52,349 bases of DNA from a candidate division FCPU426 bacterium (GCA_963830915.1 CAWHOE010000008.1:1-52349); one strand, 5' to 3'. Numbered from the stretch's first letter, positions 32,687 through 43,160 are shown. Notes: generated by a model not told the origin, from the letters alone. Made by a program: numbers and translations.

Positions 32687-34087
32687 TCAATAGTTGTAGC
32701 CCTCTTCCCCATGCTGCGACAGGTCCAAGCCCAGCTCTTCTTCCTTGACCTTGACCCTGAACCCGATGGTCTTCTCGACCAGGAAATAGAGGATGATGGT
32801 GAGCGTCACCGAGTAAAGGATCGTCGCGCCCACGGTCTTTAACTGGATGAAAAATTGCGCCGGATTGCCGGCGAACAGCCCATCGGTCCCGTTGACGGCC
32901 TTCAAGGCGAACAAGCCGGTCGCCAAGGCCCCCCAGGTCCCGCCCACGCCGTGCACCCCGAAGGCGTCCAGGGAATCGTCATAGCCCAGTTTCACCTTCA
33001 CCTGGATGGCCGTGTAGCAAAGACAGCTCACCACCAACCCGATGATCAGGGAGGCTTTCAGGTCCACGAAACCGCAGGCCGGGGTGATGGCGACCAGACC
33101 CGCCACCGCGCCCGAGGCCGCGCCCAATGAAGTGGCCTTGCCGTGATGAAAGAACTCGATCAAACACCAGGTCAAGGCCGCCATGGCGGTGGCCGTGTTG
33201 GTGGTCACGAAGGCGTTGCAGGCCAATGCGTTAGCGGCCCCCGCCGAACCCGCGTTGAAACCGAACCATCCGAACCACAGAAGGCTGGCGCCCAGAAGCA
33301 CCAGGGTCAGGTTGTGGGGGATCATGGTTTCCCGGCCATAGCCTTTGCGCGTCCCCAGAAGGAGCGCCAGGGTCAGAGCGGAATAACCGGAGGACATATG
33401 AACGACCGTTCCGCCGGCGAAATCAAGCGCGTCCTTGAAATAACCGCCGCCCCATACCCAGTGGGCGATCGGGTCATAGACGAAGGTGGCCCAGAGAAGG
33501 GAGAACGCCACAAAACCCTTGAAGCTCACCCTTTCGGCGTAAGCGCCGCAAATGAGGGCGGGGGTGATGATGGCGAACATGGCCTGGAAGATCATGAAGG
33601 CGTAATGGGGTATGGTCGGAGCCCCCGGGTTGACCGCCGGCATGTTATCCAGGAAGAGCCAGTTTAAGCCTCCCCAGAAATTGTTCCCCCCCGGACAGAA
33701 AGCCAGGGAATATCCCCAGACCACCCATTGCACGCTGATCAACGCCACCAGGAAGAAACTCTGCATGATGGTCGCCATGACGTTCTTTCGGCGCACCATC
33801 CCGCCGTAGAAGAAGGCCAGACCGGGCGTCATCAAAAGCACCAAGGCCGCCGAGGCCAGGACCCAGGCCGTATCCCCGGCGCTGATCGCCGGAGCTGCCG
33901 GTGCCGCCGCTGTCGCGGCCGGCGCGGCCGGAACAACCTGCGGTGAGCTTGTCGAACCCGCTGGAGCTGCTGGCGCCGCGGCTTGCTGAGCGAATGCCGA
34001 GGCGGTGGTGAGGAAACACGACACGGCGATGAACCACATCACCGGGGCGATCCTCCGTGAAAAAATTGAACCAAGAATATATTTCAT
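32687..34087 (-). CDS. amtB: Ammonium transporter (copy 1)
   Basis: All Amt motifs including twin His (GTVVH, FGVHG); start at MKYIL after AAGGAG. Confidence 0.96.
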   Translation of the reverse strand: MKYILGSIFSRRIAPVMWFIAVSCFLTTASAFAQQAAAPAAPAGSTSSPQVVPAAPAATAAAPAAPAISAGDTAWVLASAALVLLMTPGLAFFYGGMVRRKNVMATIMQSFFLVALISVQWVVWGYSLAFCPGGNNFWGGLNWLFLDNMPAVNPGAPTIPHYAFMIFQAMFAIITPALICGAYAERVSFKGFVAFSLLWATFVYDPIAHWVWGGGYFKDALDFAGGTVVHMSSGYSALTLALLLGTRKGYGRETMIPHNLTLVLLGASLLWFGWFGFNAGSAGAANALACNAFVTTNTATAMAALTWCLIEFFHHGKATSLGAASGAVAGLVAITPACGFVDLKASLIIGLVVSCLCYTAIQVKVKLGYDDSLDAFGVHGVGGTWGALATGLFALKAVNGTDGLFAGNPAQFFIQLKTVGATILYSVTLTIILYFLVEKTIGFRVKVKEEELGLDLSQHGEEGYNY

Positions 34088-34143
34088 CTCTCTCTCCTTA
34101 TAAAAAATCGCCTTAAGGATCAAGGCAAACCAGGGAAGGTAAA

Positions 34144-34159
34144 GCGAGTTTCGTGCCAA
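34144..34159 (-). promoter_or_regulatory. Sigma-54 promoter of the amtB-glnK cluster
   Basis: Minus strand TTGGCACGAAACTCGC, perfect -24 box and GG-N10-GC spacing, upstream of nitrogen genes. Confidence 0.8.
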
Positions 34160-34430
34160 CTGTTAAACTGGCTTAAAATAAGGCGAATTAAAAATTGGAT
34201 CCTCAAAACCCCACTACTTTCGTAGAACTGTACATAATTGTCCTAACATCGATTCATTGGGTTTGGTGAAGGCGTTCTAAAAAGTACCAGCATTTAAAGG
34301 AAATTCCGAAAGACATATTTGTAGACCCGTTCCAAAAAAATGTTCTTAGCCAACTAAGTTTTAAAAAATTCCCATCCCATGGGCTTTGACTTATCATTTC
34401 AAAACCTTAATCCATAGGAGACACGCGACC

Positions 34431-35578
34431 TTGAACCCTTCCATTGAGCAAGCTGAACTAGCCAGAGAACATTCCCAATTCAAAAAAGCTCGGTCGATCT
34501 ATCAAAACCTTCTTCAAAAGTCGCCCAAGGATTTTGACAAAGCGGAATTACTGCTCGGATTGGGTGATGTGGAGAGGATCCAGGGGTATTTCGCCGAAGC
34601 CCTGGGTCATTATGAAAAAGCCTCGAAGATCCTCAAGAAGTTGGACCCGGAATCTGCCCTGGACGCCGAAGCTGGCTGGGCCTTGGCCGCCCGGGCCATT
34701 GGCCGTCCCCAAGAGGCCATCCTCAAGCTGGAAAGGGTCCTGGCCTCTTATAAGAAGAACAAGGATCAGGAAGCGGTCGCCTTCGTTCATTGGGCCTTGG
34801 GCGGGACTTACCGCATCGCGGGCGACATGAGGAAGGGTTTAAGGGCGTTGGAAACCGCCCTTCGGATGTACAAACAGCTCAAGAACGAGGAGGGCGTCTC
34901 TTACACCTGCTGCGCCCTGGGCGGCATCCACCGCATGATGGGCCATTACTCGGTTTCCGGGAAATATTACCGGGAAGCTAACCGGCGCATGAGGCAGCGC
35001 GAGGACACCTTCGGCATCGCTTACTCCTATTGCGGTTTGGGCAATGTGGAACGCATGGCCGGGCGTTTTACCCAGGCCCTTCCCTTTTACCGCAAGGCGG
35101 AAAAACTTTACGGCACCATCGGCGACCGGGTCAGCTACGCTTATACCCTTTGGTCCCTGGGCACGACCTACAAGATGCTCGCCCATACCCCCAGGCCCGT
35201 CAGGCTTTCGAACGGGCCGATCGTTTGTTCAAGGAAACGGGCGACACGCGAGGAAGGGTCTACACCCTGCTGGGTTTTTCAGAGGTCGAGTATTTGATCA
35301 GCCGGTTCCGAAAAAGCATGCCCCCCTGGAAACAGGCGGAAGCCCTGGCCCTGAAAAGCCATTTCGAGTGGGAAAAACTCCATGTGAAAACCCAGCTTCA
35401 ATTGTTCTTTTGGAAAACGGCGAAGGATTTCGCCCAGTCCTACCCGGGGAAAGGGGCGGAAAATAAAAAGCGGAAAGCCGTCTCTTTGGTCAACGATGTG
35501 TCCATCCAAGTGTCCAAGGCCTACCGCAACGCGGGCTCGGACTTTACGCCCAACTCGGTCCCCATCAACTGGCCTTAG
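34431..35578 (+). CDS. Tetratricopeptide-repeat protein; frameshift near 35190
   Basis: Repeated LG..YR..G...AL..Y..A units over two overlapping ORFs; TTG start after AGGAG. Confidence 0.85.
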
Positions 35579-35655
35579 AGACTGTAACTAAGCCCTTTCA
35601 CCACAGAGACACATGCCGACCTTCCAATCAGTGTAGGCGGATGGCCAGGCAACTT

Positions 35656-36207
35656 TTATACCGGGTCCCACAATTTTTTCCAGGTCTCCACCAGGTTCCG
35701 GTCTAAAGCTTTTTCGAATTCTTTGAGCCATTTCTCGATATAAACCCTGTCCATTCCCGGGTTTTTAAGTTGTACCACCTTTACATCCTCCAGGTCCCGG
35801 GCCCGCCCAGCGACCACTTTATGAATGATCAGGTCCTCCGGCGAGGCGAACCGCACTTCTTTTCCCAAAAAGGCGATACGGCGCACTCTCTCCATCGCTT
35901 GGCGTTCATAAGGGGAAAAAGAAAATACCAGGTCCAACCGCACGCCGGTGACATCCTCCTGGCATGGCAGGACCATCGTCTTTTGGACGAAATCGGCGGG
36001 TGTCGGGGTCAGGACACGCCAGTGGATGGCGTCCACGATCTTTAAAACATCGTCCAAACGGTCCACACCAACGCCTAACGTGATGTCGATGTCCTTGGTA
36101 AAACGGGGTTCTCCATAGACCAGGACGGCCTGACCGCCAATGACCATATAGGGGATGTTATGGTTGTCTAACGCCTCAGAGAGCTGGGCTAGAAGGGCTT
36201 GGAACAT
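35656..36207 (-). CDS. Nucleotidyltransferase, AbiEii/DUF6036-like
   Basis: IPYMVIGGQAVLVYGEPRFTKDIDI, SPEDLIIHKVVAGRARDLED. Confidence 0.85.
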   Translation of the reverse strand: MFQALLAQLSEALDNHNIPYMVIGGQAVLVYGEPRFTKDIDITLGVGVDRLDDVLKIVDAIHWRVLTPTPADFVQKTMVLPCQEDVTGVRLDLVFSFSPYERQAMERVRRIAFLGKEVRFASPEDLIIHKVVAGRARDLEDVKVVQLKNPGMDRVYIEKWLKEFEKALDRNLVETWKKLWDPV

Positions 36208-36394
36208 TGATGGCCTTGGCGTAAAGAATGACCGCTTCAAGCCCATCCAACGGGTTCGAGTGCGGGATCAAACCCAACTGATGGGCTTCTTGGTACATCG
36301 CGTCCATCATACGGAAGTTCCGGTCCACATCGACGGGCGTCCGCCGCTGCAGCTCTTCTTCCCATTTGTTCCAATAATGGATGTCGAGGATCAT
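36176..36394 (-). CDS. Small hypothetical partner (putative antitoxin) of the nucleotidyltransferase
   Basis: 72-aa helical ORF overlapping the start of the downstream gene. Confidence 0.65.
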   Translation of the reverse strand: MILDIHYWNKWEEELQRRTPVDVDRNFRMMDAMYQEAHQLGLIPHSNPLDGLEAVILYAKAINVPSPSSPAL

Positions 36395-36542
36395 GTGTCA
36401 TTTTAACATGGCACAAGCCCTACCCAACCAGCCATTTCATTTAAAACACGCTGATGCTCGGATTTTTACGTGTGAAATGGGGGTTCGGACTTTACGCCCA
36501 ACTCGGTCCCCATCAACTGGCCTTAAAGGCAACAACTTAACC

Positions 36543-36786
36543 TTTTCACCACAGAGGCACATGCCGACCTTCCAATAAATATTTTAAAGAGGTCGGTATA
36601 GTACCGATTTCAAATATCTTATTTCATTTGTAAATCGGCACAGAGACACAGCTTAAGAAAAGAATTTTTTTGTTAAGTCCTGTTTGAAACTGAAGCCAAA
36701 ATCTTTAAACCATTGAAAAACTGCCTAGAAAATATATTTCTTAACTATCCATTTTTAGCTGTGTCTCTGTGCCTCTGTGGTGAAAA
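36543..36786. repeat. Inverted-repeat element CACCACAGAGGCACAGAGACACAGCT (family B) with a family-A element inserted at 36562-36640
   Basis: Left arm ttttcaccacagaggcaCA[A]CAgagacacagct, right arm agctgtgtctctgtgcctctgtggtgaaaa; half copies near 28965, 35596, 38647. Confidence 0.8.
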
Positions 36787-36798
36787 GTTTGTAAGTTT

Positions 36799-37708
36799 CT
36801 AATCCTCCGCGACGACAGACCCTTCCTCCAAAGCGGCGATCCGTCTCTCCAAAGGCGGGTGGCTGGCGAAAAGGCCGGCCCAGCTGGGACGGCTGGAGAT
36901 CATGAAGGCCGAGATGGCCTTGGGTTCCTCCACCGGCGGCAAAGCCTGAGCCCTTTGAAGGGCCTTCAGGGCGTTGATCATCTTGAACTTCCCCGCCACC
37001 TTGGCCCCACCCGCGTCGGCTCGGTATTCCCTCCAGCGGGAAAAGGGCATCAGCACCAGCACCGACCCCAGGATGCTCAGGAAGATATCCAGCCCGATGG
37101 TGATGACATAGCGGGCCATGTACCGCCCGCGGGAATCCATTTTCTGGCTGATGAAGAAAGCGATGACGCGCGCCAGGAACATGGTGAAAGCGTTGACCAC
37201 TCCCTGAAGAAGGGTCATGGTCACCATGTCCCCGTTATGGACGTGGGTCAGTTCGTGGCCGATGACCCCCTCGATCTCGTCCTTGCCCATGACGCTGAAA
37301 AGACCGCTGGAAACCGCCACCAAGGAATCGTTCTTTCCCGGACCTGTGGCGAAGGCGTTAGGGTCCTGGCTTTCGAAGATGCCGACCTCGGGGGTCTTCT
37401 CCAAACCGGCGTTCCTGGCCAAATTCTCGACCGTCCTCACCAGCCACGCCTCATCGGCCTGTTCCGGGATTATCCGGGTCGATCACCTTGACCCCCATCA
37501 TGGACTTAGCCATGAACTTGGAAAGCATCAGGGAGATGAAGGAACCTCCCATGCCCCAGACCAGGCAGAACACCATCAGGGTCGTGTAATCGATCCCCTG
37601 GGCGGTGAGATAAGGCCCCACGCCCAATAGATTGAGGGTGATGGAAATAGTGGTCATCACCAGGATATTTACCAATATGAATAGACCGATACGCCGTAAC
37701 CAAGTCAT
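36799..37708 (-). CDS. htpX: Zinc metalloprotease HtpX; frameshift near 37455
   Basis: RIGLFILVNILV, GMGGSFISL, PNAFATG, HELTH, NGDMVTMTL, SRWREYRAD, SHPPLERRI. Confidence 0.93.
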
Positions 37709-37830
37709 TTGCTTCCTCCATATTCGATTTGGGTCTTGCGCGAAGACCTTCAAGGCCCAGTTAAAATAATAATCTTGTCGCAATATTTCAATAAGGCAGG
37801 AATAACGGGAAAGTAAATAAAACGAGGTTG

Positions 37831-38157
37831 TTATTTGTTAAGGCGGGCGGAGACGGCGAATTGGTAAAAATACTTCCGAAGGTCTGGGGCGGAAGGTTCC
37901 GGCTCCAACGACCGGCAGGCCTCCTCCCGTAATCTGGCTATTTCCTTGAGACGGTGTTTCCACCGAGGATCGGCGAGGGTCAGGTCCAAAAGCTCCAGCA
38001 TCCGATCGAAAGCTTTTAGTGATTGCTCGGGCTTGTCCTTTTTCTTCCAGTTCAAGGCCCGTTCATATTCACTCCCCACGTTGCCCAATTGCTCCGGCAG
38101 GGTCATCGTGAACCAACGGCCGGCGGCTAGGTCTTGGTGGGAATTTTCAGGTGTCAT
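37831..38157 (-). CDS. Hypothetical protein
   Basis: LAAGRWFTMTLPEQLGNVGSE..RA...ELLDLT...LKEIARLREE; coupled to the upstream gene. Confidence 0.75.
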   Translation of the reverse strand: MTPENSHQDLAAGRWFTMTLPEQLGNVGSEYERALNWKKKDKPEQSLKAFDRMLELLDLTLADPRWKHRLKEIARLREEACRSLEPEPSAPDLRKYFYQFAVSARLNK

Positions 38158-38501
38158 GGAACTAGTTTTCCGACGATCGACTGGATCTTTTGGCGGGTCA
38201 GGGGATCTTCCACGTAGCGGGAGCGGTTGTTCTGGCTGGGCCGGATATTGATCATGGAATCGAACTCAAGAAAGTCGGCCCCGCTCATATCGGGATAAAG
38301 GTTGATGCCCCAAAGGTCCTTCTGTTGGGAGCCTTTTTCCAATAAATAGGCCTCTTCGTCGGCGTGCAATTCGCCGCCCAGGGCCATGATGCCTTTTTCG
38401 ATATCCACCACGCCCTTGACCATGTCGCCGAAACGCTTTTCGGCGATCTCTTTCAATCGCGGGCGGGTAATAGGGGCGCTGATCAGATCGATGTTATCCA
38501 T
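38154..38501 (-). CDS. DUF5674-family protein
   Basis: MVKGVVDIEKGIMALGGELHADEE..LL..GS.Q.DLWGINLYP...EFDSMINIRPSQNNRSR. Confidence 0.8.
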   Translation of the reverse strand: MDNIDLISAPITRPRLKEIAEKRFGDMVKGVVDIEKGIMALGGELHADEEAYLLEKGSQQKDLWGINLYPDMSGADFLEFDSMINIRPSQNNRSRYVEDPLTRQKIQSIVGKLVP

Positions 38502-38574
38502 GAGGGCCGGATTATATCATCATTCCAGGGGTAAATAAAAACACCATGAAGTAGAGCCCTTTGGGCACACTTCA

Positions 38575-38707
38575 TGCCGACCTTCCAATAAGCATTTATT
38601 GAGGTCGGTATTGTACCGATTAGGAAAACATATAAATTATTTGTTTTAGCTGTGTCTCTGTGCCTCTGTGGTAAATGCTTTAATGTTCCCTTTATTGAAA
38701 TCCGGCA
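38575..38707 (+). mobile_element. Family-A mini-element interrupted by a family-B arm, itself inside a hairpin
   Basis: tgccgaccttcc..gaggtcggta-ttg-taccgatt..[ttagctgtgtctctgtgcctctgtggt]..ccggca inside caccatgaagt...acttca/tggtg. Confidence 0.7.
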
Positions 38708-38753
38708 TGTGGTGAATGATTCGATATCTCCAATGCCCTGCTAGAATGGCTCC

Positions 38754-39683
38754 ATGAAATTGAACCCATCCAACCTCCACCGACTTATGTTCCTCTTACC
38801 AATATTCCTCATCGCTACTCCCCTTTGGGCGGGCTTTCCATCGCCCCAGGGCAGGGTCAACGACTTCGCTGGGGTATTGGACGCCAACGCCAAGGCCCAT
38901 CTTCTGGATACGATCCATCAGGTGGAATCCAAAACCACCGCGGAGATCGCCGTGGTGACCGTCCCCTCGCTGGATGGGATGAGCGTTGAGGAATACGCGT
39001 ACAAACTCTTTCAAAAATGGGGGATCGGCAAAAAGAACAAGAACAATGGGTTGCTGGTGTTAGTTTGCCCTCCCGAGCGAAAGGTGCGCGTCGAGGTGGG
39101 CTATGGTTTGGAAGAAACCATCACCGACGGGCTGGCGGGCAATGTCATCCGGGCCTATTTCATCCCCGCTTTCAAAAAAGGGGATTTTGCCGGGGGCATC
39201 CAAGCGGGTGTGGACCAACTGGCGAAATTCATCGACGGCACGGAAAAAACCTCGGATTGGGACCCGCCGGACATGGGCGCGCCCGATATGACGATGGATC
39301 TGGGGACGAAGATCGGCATCACCGCCTTCGTTTCGGTCTTCATCTGGATCGGGATGATCGTGATGGGTTACGGCTTGGGAGCCCTGAAGCTTAATTTCAT
39401 CCTGTTCGGATTGTTCTTTGGGGGAGTCCCCGCCCTCTTCATGCTCATTCCCGATCTGGCGGGCTGGCCGCGCACCGTGATCCCGTGGGAGATCGGGGCC
39501 GCCCTTCTCGTCGGCATCTTTCTAGGGATCAAATATCCCAAAGCCTGGAAAACCGGGTATGGCGGCAAGGGCTCAAGCGGCGGCGGATTCAGCACCAGTT
39601 CCTCTTTTGACGCGACCTCGAGCGGTGACGATTCCTTCGGTGGCGGCAGTTCGGGCGGCGGCGGTGCCAGCGGGAGTTGGTAA
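38754..39683 (+). CDS. TPM-domain (YgcG-like) membrane protein
   Basis: GRVNDFAGVL, EIAVVTVPSLDG, WGIGKK.KNNGLL, RVEVGYGLE, tail FGGGSSGGGGASGSW. Confidence 0.93.
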   Translation: MKLNPSNLHRLMFLLPIFLIATPLWAGFPSPQGRVNDFAGVLDANAKAHLLDTIHQVESKTTAEIAVVTVPSLDGMSVEEYAYKLFQKWGIGKKNKNNGLLVLVCPPERKVRVEVGYGLEETITDGLAGNVIRAYFIPAFKKGDFAGGIQAGVDQLAKFIDGTEKTSDWDPPDMGAPDMTMDLGTKIGITAFVSVFIWIGMIVMGYGLGALKLNFILFGLFFGGVPALFMLIPDLAGWPRTVIPWEIGAALLVGIFLGIKYPKAWKTGYGGKGSSGGGFSTSSSFDATSSGDDSFGGGSSGGGGASGSW

Positions 39684-40558
39684 AGTGGATAATGGTCCCT
39701 GTTACACGCTGCGGTGCGTGTAACCTGACCCCTTTTTGCTTTTTACGAGCAACCTGATTCTTTAACACCCTTCTGCTAAAATCCCCAAATTATTTCACGC
39801 TGATTTATTCCAGGAGGAATCCCAATGATCGATCCATTTACGAGAGCCATTTGGTTCATGTGGTCGCTTTTTTATTTGATCTGGATGGGTTGGGCTTTCC
39901 AGGGCGTCAAGAAAACGGTCCAAAAGGAAAGTCTGTCGTCAATGGTCGGGCAAAGGGTGGTCCTATTCACCGGCTTTTTCTTCCTGTTTTTTCCCATCTC
40001 CTGGGTTCCATTCGGTGTCAGGCTTTTACCGCCCTCTGTTTGGCTGGATTGGGCCAGCGTGACGATCTGCCTGTTGGGCCTCGGCTTTAGCCTTTGGGCC
40101 AGGCTGGCCTTGGGCGGGAATTGGAGCGGGATCGTTACCCTGAAGAAAGGCCATCAGCTCATCCGAATTGGGCCTTATGCCTTGACCCGGAATCCCATCT
40201 ATACGGGACTCCTGACAGCCTCCTTGGGGGCCACCCTGAACGCAAATCAGGTAGGTGCATTGTTGGGCCTTGTCCTGATCTTCGTGGCCTACCACATGAA
40301 AATGACGGTCGAGGAGAGTTTCATGCGCAAGCGGTTCGGAAAAACCTACACCCTCTACTCTCGCGAGGTCAAAAAGCTCATTCCGTGGGTTTATTGATCA
40401 GCAGGAAAATAAAAAGAAGTCCAAGTTACCATAACAAAGGTTTCAGGCCACCTTGTTGTATACCTTACTTCAAACTGTGATCTGTGGACTGCGGACTGTT
40501 AACTATCGCGATCCTGGGGCGGCAGTTCGGGCGGCGGCGGCGCCAGCGGGAGTTGGTA
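39642..40558 (+). mobile_element. Cassette bracketed by a 41-bp direct repeat equal to the TPM gene 3' end
   Basis: ggcggcagttcgggcggcggcggYgccagcgggagttggta at 39642-39682 and 40518-40558 (40 of 41 identical). Confidence 0.7.
39825..40397 (+). CDS. Isoprenylcysteine carboxyl methyltransferase-family membrane protein
   Basis: WARLALGGNWSG...KKGHQLI..GPYALTRNPIYTG...EESFM...FG..Y..Y...VKKLIP. Confidence 0.92.
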   Translation: MIDPFTRAIWFMWSLFYLIWMGWAFQGVKKTVQKESLSSMVGQRVVLFTGFFFLFFPISWVPFGVRLLPPSVWLDWASVTICLLGLGFSLWARLALGGNWSGIVTLKKGHQLIRIGPYALTRNPIYTGLLTASLGATLNANQVGALLGLVLIFVAYHMKMTVEESFMRKRFGKTYTLYSREVKKLIPWVY

Positions 40559-40684
40559 GGGTTGACCATTAAAAGAAAAAACGGGCCCCACACACTTAAG
40601 TATTATGTGCTGTTCTGACCCCGGATCACGTGTTGTATGTTGTACGGCCCTATTTCTTCTTTATTTAAATTATGGAGTTTAGGA

Positions 40685-41722
40685 ATGTCAAAACGGTTAA
40701 GTATGTCAATTGACGTATTCAAAAGGTTAGCCAAAATAACAGGCATGGTTGTAGGCCGCAATGGGAAAGGTGGGTCTGGAACCTGTGTCCGATTGAAAGA
40801 TGGCAAAGTTGCCTTGCTTACAGCTAAACACGTTGTAATAGAATGTATCCGAAACACGGGCGAGATATCTTTGGCTGTTCCACTCAGTAAGATTGAATTT
40901 CATCCTCCTACAACAATATGGATGGATTCCACCCAACCTGGCGATGCCGCTTACCTTGTTTCACCTCAACTTGCCTCCCTCCCCGCAATACCATTCGAAG
41001 AATGGACCAGAAACCACCCAAGAATCGAACCTGAAATAGAAGTAACCGCTGTTGGATTTCCAGCGACTTTTAAAAAAATTGATGGCCGTGTTGTTAAATC
41101 AAAAATAACTTATTTAGCTGATAAAGTTCGTTCGGTTCTTGGAAACACCATCATCTGCGGGATAAACGAGAACGAATTAAATATGCCTGACCATTTAGAC
41201 GGGATGAGTGGCGCTGGACTTTATAATTTTAAAGGGGAATTTTTTGGAATAGTCATTGCCGAACGAAGAAAAATTACCTCAAGTTACGGTGAAATTGATG
41301 TATTGCTTCCAAGCGCCTATGAAGAACTATATAAGCCATTTTCATGGCCTTTAAATGGGGCCGGGTGCATAGGATCTTGTGGGGAAGATTTTAATATTGG
41401 ACTTGAACTTCATGATGAAGCAGGAAAACTTATAGCCACCATTAGCTCGAAAGTTCAAACTTTTTGGTCCACAACAGATCCTGAAAATCAGAATGGTCGA
41501 ATTGGTTGCCTTAGAACGCTCCAATTTGAAATACCCGGTCTAAATAAATACTATCCAATTAACATTGAATCCATATTTAGAAACTGGACAGATGATTCTT
41601 TTGAAACAAGAAAAAAAGCTGCTCAAGAGGAACTCCAATTTCTATTGATGCGATTGGGATGGCTTTTTAGCGATTCGGGAAAAGGGCCTAAAACGGTGCT
41701 TAAAATAACACCGATGATCTAG
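40685..41722 (+). CDS. Trypsin-like serine protease with unknown C-terminal domain
   Basis: GSGTCV, LLTAKHV (His), GDAAYL (Asp), GFP, DGMSGAG (Ser); AT-rich; no signal peptide. Confidence 0.8.
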   Translation: MSKRLSMSIDVFKRLAKITGMVVGRNGKGGSGTCVRLKDGKVALLTAKHVVIECIRNTGEISLAVPLSKIEFHPPTTIWMDSTQPGDAAYLVSPQLASLPAIPFEEWTRNHPRIEPEIEVTAVGFPATFKKIDGRVVKSKITYLADKVRSVLGNTIICGINENELNMPDHLDGMSGAGLYNFKGEFFGIVIAERRKITSSYGEIDVLLPSAYEELYKPFSWPLNGAGCIGSCGEDFNIGLELHDEAGKLIATISSKVQTFWSTTDPENQNGRIGCLRTLQFEIPGLNKYYPINIESIFRNWTDDSFETRKKAAQEELQFLLMRLGWLFSDSGKGPKTVLKITPMI

Positions 41723-41836
41723 AATTTTGTTTGAAAAAGGGCGTCATTATTAAAAATAGATAATCAACAAACTACCTGCCTAAATTTCATTTTCAGACCG
41801 GACCCACACATGTTGACTCCGACATAATTGATTTAG

Positions 41837-43084
41837 CTAACTCTTTTTCCGTTTATTTTTTATGAATTTGTGAGTTGCTTTCTTTTCACTTAGCTCAAGC
41901 ATTGATTGGATTTCTTCATTATTGGCCCGCACACTTTCCGCAGTCCACAAACCACGGTGATTTCTAATTTTAAGAGTATTAGGAGTAAAAAGGTGGTTAT
42001 AGTTTTTTCGTATCTTTTCCAGGTGTTCTTTTTCATCTTCTAAATTCTCTAGTCTTCTTTTGATACCCTCCACTGGGCCTATTTCGACACCGATCCATTT
42101 ACGCTTTTTCATTTCCGATACTACATATGTTGTCCCTGAACCACCGAATGGATCAAAAACTAAATCGCCTTCATTACTCGCCATTTCTATTACCCGATCC
42201 AATAATTTGACAGAAAGTTCATTAGCTTCTTTTCGTTTTTTATACTTTGCATGTCGCACGGGCGGGATGTCATACCAAACATCCGTGAGGCTAATACCCT
42301 TCGGATTCATTTTATCTTTATATCCCCCATAATCCCTTAAATCTGTAGCACAGTTTGGACAAACTTCCATTGGTAGCCGATCAGGGTGAAAAGCAGTGGG
42401 CTTGTCCCCTTTGCAAAAATACAAAAGTGAATAATGCGAGGGATATAAACGCCCAGCTATCGGAAGTCGATATTTAATATCTACAGCGATTAAATGCCTG
42501 AAAGTCAAAAAATGATTTAAATAATTCCCAATCGGCAAATTCCATTTCGGTAGATTCCACAGAAGAAGGCTTCCGCCATACTTCAATACCCTTGAACATT
42601 CAAGAGCCCATTCTTTACACCATTCCAGGTACTTGTCTGCACGCAAATTATCGTTAATTTTCGATTCATAAAATTTATCTAAATTAAAGGGTGGATCTGC
42701 AAAGACTAGATCGACGCTCTCCGAATTCATATCTCTCAACAAAGACAAACAATCCCCTCTATAGAGTTTGCCAAGTTTCGTTTCTAATTCAAGAGATGTT
42801 TTTTGTCCTACTTCTTCTTGTGCAACCTCAGGTTGTTCGATCCCATCAAGTTCATATTCCAAAAAAGCAGCAGTTTTTTTATCAAATACTCCCATTTTGG
42901 CTTTCATATATTCGGGTTCTACATAACAAGACCGACTTATTTTCTCGAGATCTGTACCCAAAGGAAGCTTGTGATTCTTTTCATAATATTGAAGTCTTTC
43001 TAAGGAAATACCTGTTCTTTTTGCTAAATCTCTTATGCCGCCTTTAATTTTTAAAACACCACAAAGGGTATTCGATACATTCAT
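41837..43084 (-). CDS. N4-C/N6-A DNA methyltransferase (beta class) with N-terminal HTH-like extension
   Basis: GKLYRGDCL, LVFADPPFN, TDVWYDIP, VFDPFGGSGTT; divergent from C-R genes as in the BamHI system. Confidence 0.93.
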   Translation of the reverse strand: MNVSNTLCGVLKIKGGIRDLAKRTGISLERLQYYEKNHKLPLGTDLEKISRSCYVEPEYMKAKMGVFDKKTAAFLEYELDGIEQPEVAQEEVGQKTSLELETKLGKLYRGDCLSLLRDMNSESVDLVFADPPFNLDKFYESKINDNLRADKYLEWCKEWALECSRVLKYGGSLLLWNLPKWNLPIGNYLNHFLTFRHLIAVDIKYRLPIAGRLYPSHYSLLYFCKGDKPTAFHPDRLPMEVCPNCATDLRDYGGYKDKMNPKGISLTDVWYDIPPVRHAKYKKRKEANELSVKLLDRVIEMASNEGDLVFDPFGGSGTTYVVSEMKKRKWIGVEIGPVEGIKRRLENLEDEKEHLEKIRKNYNHLFTPNTLKIRNHRGLWTAESVRANNEEIQSMLELSEKKATHKFIKNKRKKS

Positions 43085-43135
43085 TACATTCTCCAAATGT
43101 CGGTTGTGATTAGTTTAACACGTCCTATTATTGCA

Positions 43136-43160
43136 GACAATTGTCCGTGGTTCTTTTGTC
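43136..43160 (+). promoter_or_regulatory. Candidate C-box operator
   Basis: GACAATTGTC-CGTG-GTTCTTTTGTC just upstream of the C gene; resembles the GAC..GTC-cGTG-..GTC layout of AhdI/Esp1396I-type C-boxes. Confidence 0.55.

Larger units (their letters stand above)
35537..36525 (+). mobile_element. Cassette bracketed by a 41-bp direct repeat equal to the TPR gene 3' end
   Basis: tcggactttacgcccaactcggtccccatcaactggcctta at 35537-35577 and 36485-36525. Confidence 0.7.

Noticed and set aside
35578..41830. Integron cassette array
   Set aside because: No RYYYAAC...GTTRRRY attC structures or integrase recognised; genes are in mixed orientation
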